Shown one piece after another: positions 1-8,423 of a stretch of DNA of 64,000 nucleotides. Under the pieces are notes generated by a model. The model saw only the letters and a list, made by a program, of their open reading frames with translations. It did not search any database and was not told where the DNA came from. This stretch comes from an uncultured Acidimicrobiia bacterium (GTDB taxonomy: Bacteria > Acidobacteriota > Terriglobia > Versatilivoradales > Versatilivoraceae), in the NCBI GenBank assembly GCA_963786955.1, contig CAWBAT010000005.1, positions 1,408,001 to 1,472,000 of the forward strand, written 5' to 3'. Position 1 is the first letter of the stretch; each line of letters opens with the position of its first letter. The position numbers and the translations under genes are program-made.

Positions 1-139
1 GCTGCTGCCGATTCTTGCCCGGATTATGGACCGGCGCAAACCAGGCCAGCTGCGCTCTGTTGTTCCCAATCCTGAAAGATCACCCGAGAATCGAAGCACC
101 GATTATCCCAACGCCGATTCCAAGTCAGAAGAGAAATAA
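1..139 (+). CDS. Probable 3' end of a CDS entering the window (…LLPILARIMDRRKPG…SEEK*)
   Basis: Open frame from position 2 to TAA at 137-139; no recognisable domain. Confidence 0.35.
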   Translation, partial: LLPILARIMDRRKPGQLRSVVPNPERSPENRSTDYPNADSKSEEK

Positions 140-189
140 ACGAGAGAGATTCACTTTACCGGTTGTCACCAGAAAATGGCTAGACTAAG

Positions 190-318
190 TACTGCATTTC
201 ATAAATACGGTGACGTATCTTAGAATAGGCGCCGCGTGGGGTCACGCAGCCTACAAAGGTGTAGGCCGGGTCACTGACCCGGTGCTAACGTCATCGATTT
301 TCTGAAACGCAATGGTAA
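190..318. repeat. MITE-like element with imperfect terminal inverted repeats enclosing an inverted GTAG-type REP pair
   Basis: Left tttcataaatacggtgacgt vs reverse complement of right end tttcagaaaatcgatgacgt; internal gcgtggggtcacgcagcctaca / tgtaggccgggtcactgacccgg hairpins. Confidence 0.55.
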
Positions 319-565
319 ACGATCGATCGTCTCGGGCCAATCGATTATCCTAATATTAAGTTGCGGAAGTCTGTGTTGTAGCTGGCCCCGCTGGGGTCGC
401 CCGGGGTCAACTTCCCCCGGCTAGAGCAGTTACCGCGAATTGATGCGACTCGGCACTAGGCAACCAAAATAGCAGTTCTCTCAGCCCAATTTCTTCATTG
501 TAACGAACCTTCCCAGGAAACAGGGCAGTGGACTTTTGCATCCAATCCGAAGTATTAAATGGAAA

Positions 566-1450
566 ATGAATGATGAACTGGGTATGAGAAGATTCGGATT
601 AATCCTATTGGTCCTTTTGGGCGCCTCGGTCTGTGCTTTTCCTGTGAGTGAGCTGAAGGTCCAAGCCGAGGGACCCTTAAGCGGACCGGAATACATTCGC
701 AAGATCGCGGAGAACGTCAAAAAGAACCGCATCCTGGAGATGTCCTACACATTCGAAGTGACTCATCAGAAACAGACTTTAGGAAGAAATGCGGAGGTCC
801 AGGACAACGAGACTCGAACTTATGAGATCACGCCTTTGGAGGATGACTATTACCGAAAGCTCATCAAGAAAGATGGGAAACCACTCTCGGAACAAGAGAC
901 GCGAAGTGAAGAAAAGAAGCTGCAACAGAGCTTGAAACGGCAAACCAATCTCTCCCTATCGGAACGAAATAAGCTTGAGAAGAAGAAAAAGGAACGCCGC
1001 CGCAAGGAAGAGCAATTCTGGAATGAAGTGGTTAAGGCCTTCGATTTCACTGAAATCGGCGGAGAAACGGTGGAAGGACGCTCCGCCCGAGTCTTTAAAG
1101 CAATCCCTCGCGCGCAATACGTTCCAGAGGACAGCGATTTTGAACTACTCAAGAAAATCAAAGGGACGATCTGGGTCGATGTAGCGGATGACCAGGTCTT
1201 ACGGGCGGATGTGGAGTTTATTGAAGACATTCGCTTGGTCGGAGGGTTTTTGGCGAAAGTCAACAAAGGTGGGACATTCACGGTACTGCAGAAGAAGGTG
1301 AACGACGAAGTTTGGTTCCCTTCTCACAGTGAAATCGTTGTGAATGGCCGCTTGCTTCTGTTTAAAGGGTTCAATCTCAAAATACTCAGCGACTTCGGGA
1401 ATTACAGAAAATTTGAGACCTCAGTCAATTTTGTTCCTGCCTCTGAATAA
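566..1450 (+). CDS. Exported hypothetical protein
   Basis: ORF 536..1450, likely start at 566 or 584; signal peptide MRRFGLILLVLLGASVCA; beta-strand-rich C-terminal half (GTIWVD, VWFPSH). Confidence 0.75.
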   Translation: MNDELGMRRFGLILLVLLGASVCAFPVSELKVQAEGPLSGPEYIRKIAENVKKNRILEMSYTFEVTHQKQTLGRNAEVQDNETRTYEITPLEDDYYRKLIKKDGKPLSEQETRSEEKKLQQSLKRQTNLSLSERNKLEKKKKERRRKEEQFWNEVVKAFDFTEIGGETVEGRSARVFKAIPRAQYVPEDSDFELLKKIKGTIWVDVADDQVLRADVEFIEDIRLVGGFLAKVNKGGTFTVLQKKVNDEVWFPSHSEIVVNGRLLLFKGFNLKILSDFGNYRKFETSVNFVPASE

Positions 1451-1482
1451 GACCTACAGATTCACCGTACCTGGTTCGGCGA

Positions 1483-1697
1483 TTTTGGAGTGCGGCAGCT
1501 CGCTGCCGCTTTCGGTTCCGGCTCTGCCACGAGCGGCAGCTCGCTGCCGCACTGGGCACCTGTTCTACGCCCATGCTGCGGTCACTGTCAATCTTGAGGT
1601 CCAGCAATGAACGGTTCGGGCCGCTCATCTGCTTCGACTACGTCGCCGGCAAGCTGGCGAGCTTGCAAAGTGGGAGCAAGCTCCCGCACTCCCAAAG
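1483..1697. repeat. REP-like palindrome cluster (TTTGGAGTGCGG…CCGC type)
   Basis: ttttggagtgcggcagctcgctgccgcttt, inverted agcggcagctcgctgccgcact, and a third copy gtgggagcaagctcccgcactcccaaag. Confidence 0.7.
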
Positions 1698-1926
1698 AAC
1701 TGCCCAGCACTACCAACTCACTGGGGCAGCAAGGTACGAGGGTCGTTGGTGACATTGTAGATCGCCGCGGCAGACTATTTATGGATTTCTATCTCGCACC
1801 GGATTTCCATTAAACAATACAGATTCTGGACTATAATTCCCTTGCCCGAGGGGGCACTCAGGACCCAATTCATGGGCATCTTTTGCGGTTTCGTCTGAAG
1901 CTGATTCCTCGACATTTCAAAGGTCA

Positions 1927-4014
1927 ATGGTTCGCTTTGGCTCACGACTAATTCATTCCTGGAATAGACTGGCCCGCTCTGAAAAGCTATTTGCTTTACT
2001 GGCACTTCTGACGGGAATCAATTGGATTGTGCAACGAATCAGTTCTTCGGCCCTTCCTTTTGCGGGATTTATTGACTACGCCTTTGCCATCCTGGCTGTT
2101 GCCCTCCTCGTCAAGTACTTCCTCCGTCTAATGCGTCGGTTTGTCTGGCGAATTAGAAACCGACTCATTGTTGCCTACATCTTTATTGGTGTCGTTCCGG
2201 TACTGCTGGTCTTTGCCATGCTGGCTATTGGGCTCTATGTCTTAATGGGCCAGGTAACAACATATCTGCTGACCCGCGAATTACAACACCGGAACGAAAT
2301 CGTACGGGATTGCGCTTCTATATTGGGCTGGCAAACGGCGGAGCATTACAAAGGAGAAGATGTGGAACGGGTGGCTACTCAGACCCTGCTCCATTTGCAA
2401 CATCGTGTTCCTACCCTTCAAGCAATCGTCAGGATCGATAAAGCTACTTTTAACCTTCCGGGAAACACTGTCCGGGAGAACTACCCTTACTGGAGCCGAC
2501 CAGGGTTTGTGGGCTTGGTGAGAGTCGGTCCAGATTATTTTCTAGCAGCTTATACCGAAGCGAGAATCCAAAACCACACCATCGAAGTCTTTGCTTTCGA
2601 ACCGGTCGGTTCGGATTTGCTGTCTAGCCTTCTCCCGGAATTGGCCACAGTGAACCTGCTCGAATTGGAAAAACTCCCCGAGGAAAAATCGGAAGGACAA
2701 AAGAGCTCTGAGCGCCCCTCTGAAAACAGCGAGGCGGGCTCCGCCGGCAAGGGGTCGAGTTACACCATACGTTTGAACCAGCAGCGAATCTCGCCTTCTC
2801 TTGAAGCCTCCATAAAGACACTTCCGGCTGCGAAAGGTTGGTGGGATAGGGAGGTTCGCTGGGGAACGCTGGCGTCCTATAGTCTCTGGGACAATAGGCA
2901 GCAAGAGACCGAAAAGGTTGTCTTTCGCGTTGACTCACGTCCGTCCTTGATCGGCCGGAAACTGTTCAGCGTGCTCGGTCCGCTTAGCAGCGCCGTCTTC
3001 TTCATGCTTTACATTATCGGCGGACTGCTTCTGGTAGCCGAAATCCTTTCGTTGAGTCTAGGTGTCAGCCTGACGAAGACCATCACACGTTCAGTGGCTG
3101 ATCTCTACGAAGGGACTTTGCGAATTAACTCCGGGAACTTTTCTCACCGCATCCCCCTTCGATCAAAGGATCAACTTAGTGAGTTGGCATCTTCCTTCAA
3201 CCGCATGACCGACAGTGTCCAGAAGCTCATCGTGGAATCGAAGGAGAAAGAACGTCTCGAATCGGAGCTTGAAATCGCTCGTGAGGTGCAATCTCAGCTC
3301 TTTCCCCGGGAAATCCCGCAACTGCAGACCTTGGAACTCGCCGGCTCCTGCCTGCCAGCCCGGATGGTGAGCGGAGACTACTATGACTTCATGAGAATGG
3401 ATCCGAATTGGACGGCCTTGGCTATTGGAGACGTTGCGGGAAAGGGCATTTCGGCAGCCCTTCTGATGGCCAGCATTCAATCGTCGCTTCGTGCTCAGCT
3501 GAATGCTCGAGCACTTCCCAGCGGACCCGGCGATGCAGACGGTCTTCCCCTCCTGATTTCTGAAATGACAACCCGGCTTAATCAGCAATTGTACGAAATT
3601 ACTTCTGCCGAGAAGTACGCCACTTTTTTTTGCGCGCTGGTAAATGATTGCAGTGGCCAGCTATTTTATACCAATGCCGGACACCTTCCCCCTCTGCTTA
3701 TTCGGAACCAGCAGGCTCATAAACTGGACATTCATGGAATGGTGTTGGGTGCCTTCCCCAATCAGACTTATGGTCACGGATCTGTTGAGCTTCAACCAGG
3801 AGATCTCTTAGTCGCCTATACAGACGGGATTACAGAGCCTGAAAACGAATATGGTGAGGAGTTTGGTGAAAAACGATTAGCGGAACTACTCGTTCAGAAT
3901 GCCGACCAGCCCTTTGCCGAGTTGACCCGCCTCATCGCGGCAGCGGTTAGGGAATGGAGCGCTACGCCGGAACAGCAGGATGATATGACCCTACTTATGT
4001 TAAGGCGGATCTAA
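1927..4014 (+). CDS. Membrane-bound HAMP + SpoIIE/PP2C (RsbU-like) Ser/Thr phosphatase
   Basis: TM helices; HAMP (DQLSELASSFNRM); PP2C motifs SGDYYD, IGDVAGKG, NAGH, YTDGITE, DDMT. Confidence 0.92.
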   Translation: MVRFGSRLIHSWNRLARSEKLFALLALLTGINWIVQRISSSALPFAGFIDYAFAILAVALLVKYFLRLMRRFVWRIRNRLIVAYIFIGVVPVLLVFAMLAIGLYVLMGQVTTYLLTRELQHRNEIVRDCASILGWQTAEHYKGEDVERVATQTLLHLQHRVPTLQAIVRIDKATFNLPGNTVRENYPYWSRPGFVGLVRVGPDYFLAAYTEARIQNHTIEVFAFEPVGSDLLSSLLPELATVNLLELEKLPEEKSEGQKSSERPSENSEAGSAGKGSSYTIRLNQQRISPSLEASIKTLPAAKGWWDREVRWGTLASYSLWDNRQQETEKVVFRVDSRPSLIGRKLFSVLGPLSSAVFFMLYIIGGLLLVAEILSLSLGVSLTKTITRSVADLYEGTLRINSGNFSHRIPLRSKDQLSELASSFNRMTDSVQKLIVESKEKERLESELEIAREVQSQLFPREIPQLQTLELAGSCLPARMVSGDYYDFMRMDPNWTALAIGDVAGKGISAALLMASIQSSLRAQLNARALPSGPGDADGLPLLISEMTTRLNQQLYEITSAEKYATFFCALVNDCSGQLFYTNAGHLPPLLIRNQQAHKLDIHGMVLGAFPNQTYGHGSVELQPGDLLVAYTDGITEPENEYGEEFGEKRLAELLVQNADQPFAELTRLIAAAVREWSATPEQQDDMTLLMLRRI

Positions 4015-4094
4015 CCGCTTCCGATGAGACCATCCACGCGGAGAGATTCCCTACACTTCAAGACGCTCACCCGATTCGTGTCCATTTAGGAATT
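3955..4094 (+). repeat. Copy 1 of a 140 bp degenerate direct repeat (copy 2 at 4950..5089)
   Basis: Ungapped manual alignment, about 104/140 identical, shared core tgagaccatccacgcg. Confidence 0.9.
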
Positions 4095-4140
4095 CGGACC
4101 TACCACCCGCCTTAAGAAAGTTTATGGGTCTCAAAATCAA

Positions 4141-4178
4141 TTAACACAATCTTCATTTGATGAAAATGCGCCTTTCAT
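4141..4178 (+). promoter_or_regulatory. Pho-box-like 11 bp direct repeat array upstream of receiver gene 1
   Basis: TTAAC acaatc TTCAT ttgatg AAAAT gcgcct TTCAT; same layout upstream of the paralog at 36137. Confidence 0.7.
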
Positions 4179-4260
4179 AAAGGTCTATTAGACTGCCTAG
4201 CAATGGTCGGATGTTGGAGGATTTGTAAGCAATTTGTTCCTAATTAAGGAGGGGGTTAAA

Positions 4261-4710
4261 ATGATTCCCAGTCAATTGCACTTTAGCTCTAGTTCAACCG
4301 GTTTAAGAACGGGCAGATCGCTCAAGCATATTCTCCTCGTGGGCATTGAGGAAGAACACCGTTTGCTGCTGGCTGCACTCCTCCAAGCGGAGGGTCATCT
4401 AGTTTCGGTCAGTTGCACAGACAAAGAAGCCCTTCGACTTCTTCAGCGCGGAAATATTGACTTCGTAATCGTCGATCATTTTGCACCCGAACTCGATGGG
4501 CTGTCGCTTCTGGAGGAAATCAAAAGCCTAAATTCCGACATTCCAGTTCTCATCCTCTCTTCTCAATACGAGATGGAGCATTACATGACAGCGATGAATC
4601 TGGGAGCACTGGACTACTTCAGCAAACCAGTAGATTACTCGAGCGTGCAGCGAATTGTGAATACTCATGTGGCATTTGGGCGGAATCAACAGATGAAGTT
4701 CATGCAATAA
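4261..4710 (+). CDS. Stand-alone response regulator receiver protein with atypical acidic pocket
   Basis: RBS aaggagg; IVDHFAPELDG, GALDYFSKP; first motif is VGIEEE rather than VDD. Confidence 0.85.
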   Translation: MIPSQLHFSSSSTGLRTGRSLKHILLVGIEEEHRLLLAALLQAEGHLVSVSCTDKEALRLLQRGNIDFVIVDHFAPELDGLSLLEEIKSLNSDIPVLILSSQYEMEHYMTAMNLGALDYFSKPVDYSSVQRIVNTHVAFGRNQQMKFMQ

Positions 4711-4949
4711 ATCTCGAGAAAAGTCATCGTTCAAAACTCTTTTTCAAACGCTTGAGACGAGGGCGCAGTCTGCTTGGTTGGGGGGCATCCCTTCAGGGAT
4801 ATGCGGAGTGGCATCCTTCTCGTTCACTATTTGAACGCATTACCTATTCGGTCACGCCAACTTTGATTGAGCTTGTATAGGCCGCAGACGCCATGAATTC
4901 TTTAAAGATCTCACTTCGATTTCAACAGTAGATCGCCGTCCTTGGATAT

Positions 4950-5089
4950 TGGAGCAAGAAGCTGAAACCGCAGCTCGATATGATCCTGCACATGCCGAGG
5001 TGGATCTAACGGCTTCAAGTGAGACCATCCACGCGCGGAGACTTCCTACGTTTCAGGACGCTCAGCCGGCTCGTGATCCTTCAGGAATT
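4950..5089 (+). repeat. Copy 2 of the 140 bp degenerate direct repeat
   Basis: Encodes the remnant WSKKLKPQLDMILHMPRWI*, matching the SpoIIE C-terminus WSATPEQQDDMTLLMLRRI*. Confidence 0.9.
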
Positions 5090-5519
5090 TATCGTTCAAA
5101 GAGTCTAAGATGCGAAAAGTGCGGAGAAAATAATCATCAATTTTTTCCAAATCCTTCTTGCGCCCGAGCGCTGGCTTTAATCCAAGCTTCTTCCCGGACT
5201 TTTGGAGATTACTCAACTCATCTGTCAGTCTCGCTTTCTTGAATTTCTTTTTCTCTGTGCCAGAAATATTTTCCTTCAAAGCCAGAATCTGCCTTTGAAT
5301 CTCTTCGACAATTTTACTGTTATTGTCTGCCATCGCAGAAAGTATTTGGAGATGAAAATTCTTGCAAGTCAGCAGTCCTTCCGAAAGATTGTCCAATTTT
5401 TCGAGCAGAGTCTTCTTCTTACCTCCTTTAGTGCTCTTTGTTCCATCCCCGGCAGATTCTTTCCCGGAATTAGGCTCAGGAAGGTTCGCTACTTTTGAAT
5501 CCTTGTCTTTTTTCTTCAT
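5046..5519 (-). CDS. Lysine-rich hypothetical protein
   Basis: 157 aa ORF with GGAGG RBS; basic and helical; C-terminal KPALGRKKDLEKID. Confidence 0.7.
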   Translation of the reverse strand: MKKKDKDSKVANLPEPNSGKESAGDGTKSTKGGKKKTLLEKLDNLSEGLLTCKNFHLQILSAMADNNSKIVEEIQRQILALKENISGTEKKKFKKARLTDELSNLQKSGKKLGLKPALGRKKDLEKIDDYFLRTFRILDSLNDKFLKDHEPAERPET

Positions 5520-5839
5520 GGTTAGAGCCTCCGTACCTAGATTGGATTTTCATCAAACTCACAATGTTGTGAGCGTTACACAAAGACGTGCAAGGCGCCA
5601 ACGCGAGCTTCGTATTTAGCTGACAAAATCAGGCAGGCGAAGAATCAAACAGATCTCGTTCTGACTGATGAGGGTCAAGCTCGTGCCATCAGACCCGACC
5701 CAAGTGAACGCTTAAAGTCCAGCTAGAAGAATGCAGGGTCAAGCGACCCCTGGATCCAAATTCTTTTCGTCGACTTAAGCGGGCGGAGGAGTGAGTCGCC
5801 TTCCCTCTATCCAGAAAAGACCAACCTTATCCAAGAGCT

Positions 5840-5877
5840 ATAACATTTGTATTACGCCCGCGTAACAACCCCGTGAA
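5840..5877 (-). promoter_or_regulatory. Weak Pho-box-like array
   Basis: Minus strand TTCAC ggggtt GTTAC gcgggc GTAAT acaaat GTTAT, 11 bp period. Confidence 0.45.
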
Positions 5878-5993
5878 ATCGGCACTGGTTGCTACTGTAG
5901 TGGTTTATTTACCAATTTGGAAAGTATAACAGAACACCTCAAACTTTGTGGGAAAGAATATGTGCTTCTCTAATCACAGCACACAGGCAGGAA

Positions 5994-8333
5994 TCATAGG
6001 ATTACCTTCACTCGAGACACATTTAAAGGGACTCTGAGGGTATTTGATGAAAGAGATATAGCCTGATCATCAAAGAAGACCTTAGAAGGACTAAACGGTA
6101 GGCGCCAAATAATCGACTCAGGAGGAAACAGGCAAAACTCATTGGAGAGTTCCAGCCAGATTTCTTTCTTGTCAACAGACAAAATGAAATTGATTTTTCC
6201 AAAAGGACTCGGGGCGTTGCAGACGGAAAAAATAGTGCCAGCTTGCAAATGCTCTTTCTGGAGCAAGGGGGTGATTAAAAGAGAACCCTGTTTCTCGACA
6301 AAGAGCAAATTCATGAGCAACAGGATCCATTCGGCGGCGGCCCAGCCGTGATGGCCTTCTCCCATACAACCACCTCCGGTTGTCGGGTGGATTGCTTCTG
6401 GCCAGGTGTAAGTAGGAGTGGCACATTTTAACAAGTATCGAACCACATCCCAGGCTTTGGGGTTACCGCAGGCGAGGTAGCATTGAGCCAACTGAGCGGA
6501 AAGATAACAATTCACGCCAGAATGAAAATGATTCTGAATGAACCCTTGCCCGATTAGATAACGGTCTTCTATCAGGCGGATTGTATTTTGAACTCTGGGG
6601 TGGCGAGGGTCTATTAATTTCAATGGGTAGACAGAACAAAGAGAACCTATGGCACCCGAATCGATTCGACGGCCAGGTGCTGCCGGCAGAAATGGAACTT
6701 CAGAGCTTTGGTCAGATTGCCCCCAAGTCCTTTCGATATCCTTCCAGTAGGCATGGGCATAAGACGTGAGAGCCTGTTCATCCTCTTTCTTGCCCAGCGT
6801 TTGAGCAGCAAAGGCAACGGCTTTTAATCCCGCCAAGCACCAAAAATTATCCCAATAATAATAATCGCTGGGGCCCAAGTGTTCGGCTGAAAATCCCCGA
6901 GGCAGCAGGCCAGCATGTCCGTTGGGTGACTTTGTGGCTTTGTGACGCTTTCGCTCAATCCAATGGGCAGCTCGCAAGAGCGAAGGATAGAGCTGTGCTA
7001 ACAGTTCACGATCACCCGTCAATCGGAAGTGCTCAACCACCACCCAAATCGTTGATCCGTTGGCATCCCACTCACCTTCCTGGAAATTGAAGAACCCATC
7101 CTTCGACTGACGAGTTGGAAAGTGGAGTAACTTTTCCCTGGCCTGAGAGTGAAATCCTAGCTTATCCAAGGCATGGATCATAAAGGCAGAGTCTCGAATC
7201 CAGCAGTCGTCATAGGTCAAGGCACCAGGGGTCATGACTTGGCCGCGATCAAAGATCTGGAGATACATGCGATTGGCCATAAAGGAACGAGTGAGATTTT
7301 GGTCGGGGAACCCGACTTCAGCTCCTGCAGAGAGATGGTCGTGCCATCTGTCGCGAAACTGGCGGCGTACAGCCTGGTAGTTGAAGCCTTCCAATACAGA
7401 CGATGGCGACAGAGAAGGGACGTCTGAAGTCATGGTTAACAGGGCCAGGTACTCCTTTTGTGCTTGAGGTTCCAGCGATATCGTATATTCGACTAACCCT
7501 GTAGCCATACCCATTTCGCAGGAAATTTTCGGACGGGTCTGCTTGGAAGTCCTGATCAAAGAGACGTCACCCTCCTCATAGTTGGAACAATAGACACGAT
7601 CTGGGGCTTCCTCGAGTATCATTGCCATGTGACCATTCACGAGGCAAAGACGATCCTCTTTGAACTCCAAGTGCCGGATCAGGCTGATTCCTTCGGGATT
7701 GTAAGGCCTGAGAGAAAAATAAAACTTCAGTGGCTTGCGATGAGTTCCCCGGTTGACCAGGCGAACACGGACCAGCAGATAGTGTTTATCCCTGACTTTA
7801 GTGACGAACACGCAAGTCTTAACGGCGATCTTCTCTACTTCGAAATGAGTCTTAACTTGCGGGTACTGAGGATGGATACGTTGTTTGACCGATGGTAATC
7901 TGGCCGGAGTGTAAAGATGCCCTTTCAATTCAATCCAATAGTCGAGAGACCATCCGTCCTTCCAGGGAGTGATCAAAGATCGAGGATCTACGATCGCACG
8001 ATGGGAGTTTCCGAGGGCCCCGATGATGGTCCAATTGCGATGGGTGAGATTGATTTGAGGTAGACCGTGTCCTCTTGGAATGTAGCTCTTGCCATTGGGG
8101 TTGAATTGTCGCTCGATCCAGTAAGGCCAAACCCAATCCAAGTTTCCTTGCACAGCGACGGTATTCAAGAAACCTCTCACATGCATCTTTATCCCTAGCG
8201 TAACAAGCTCTTTTGGGATGTGACGGTCTCCCATCGTGCTGAGCCTGGCCACAGCATCCACTATCTCGAGACTTTCGGACTGATCGAATAGCCTGACTGA
8301 CTGCCGAAGCAGGTCCAAGAAGCTCAGCATCAT
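5994..8333 (-). CDS. Six-hairpin (alpha/alpha)6 glycosidase-like protein
   Basis: 779 aa; PGALTYDDCWIRDSAF, GEWDANG, SAEHLG…YYWDNFW and WPEAIHP…GEGHHGWAAAE resemble GH15/GH63/GH78-like catalytic barrels. Confidence 0.7.
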   Translation of the reverse strand: MMLSFLDLLRQSVRLFDQSESLEIVDAVARLSTMGDRHIPKELVTLGIKMHVRGFLNTVAVQGNLDWVWPYWIERQFNPNGKSYIPRGHGLPQINLTHRNWTIIGALGNSHRAIVDPRSLITPWKDGWSLDYWIELKGHLYTPARLPSVKQRIHPQYPQVKTHFEVEKIAVKTCVFVTKVRDKHYLLVRVRLVNRGTHRKPLKFYFSLRPYNPEGISLIRHLEFKEDRLCLVNGHMAMILEEAPDRVYCSNYEEGDVSLIRTSKQTRPKISCEMGMATGLVEYTISLEPQAQKEYLALLTMTSDVPSLSPSSVLEGFNYQAVRRQFRDRWHDHLSAGAEVGFPDQNLTRSFMANRMYLQIFDRGQVMTPGALTYDDCWIRDSAFMIHALDKLGFHSQAREKLLHFPTRQSKDGFFNFQEGEWDANGSTIWVVVEHFRLTGDRELLAQLYPSLLRAAHWIERKRHKATKSPNGHAGLLPRGFSAEHLGPSDYYYWDNFWCLAGLKAVAFAAQTLGKKEDEQALTSYAHAYWKDIERTWGQSDQSSEVPFLPAAPGRRIDSGAIGSLCSVYPLKLIDPRHPRVQNTIRLIEDRYLIGQGFIQNHFHSGVNCYLSAQLAQCYLACGNPKAWDVVRYLLKCATPTYTWPEAIHPTTGGGCMGEGHHGWAAAEWILLLMNLLFVEKQGSLLITPLLQKEHLQAGTIFSVCNAPSPFGKINFILSVDKKEIWLELSNEFCLFPPESIIWRLPFSPSKVFFDDQAISLSSNTLRVPLNVSRVKVIL

Positions 8334-8423
8334 GCTAGATTTGGGTACAGGCTTTATTGAGTTGCACCTCTTGAACGGGATGTATTCGACCCCGTTATGT
8401 GTGTTGCAATTAGGGTTCGAATG

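Noticed and set aside
1483-1697. Possible CRISPR-like repeats
   Set aside because: Inverted rather than direct copies, no regular spacers and no cas genes; fits REP elements
4949-5242. 97 aa plus-strand ORF with a CxxC
   Set aside because: Overlaps the duplicated scar and is antisense to the better-supported 5046..5519 gene
5660-5705. Hammerhead-ribozyme-like CTGATGA followed by a gggtc/gaccc stem
   Set aside because: The stem is followed by GACC rather than the required GAAA, and no convincing stems I/III or cleavage triplet were found
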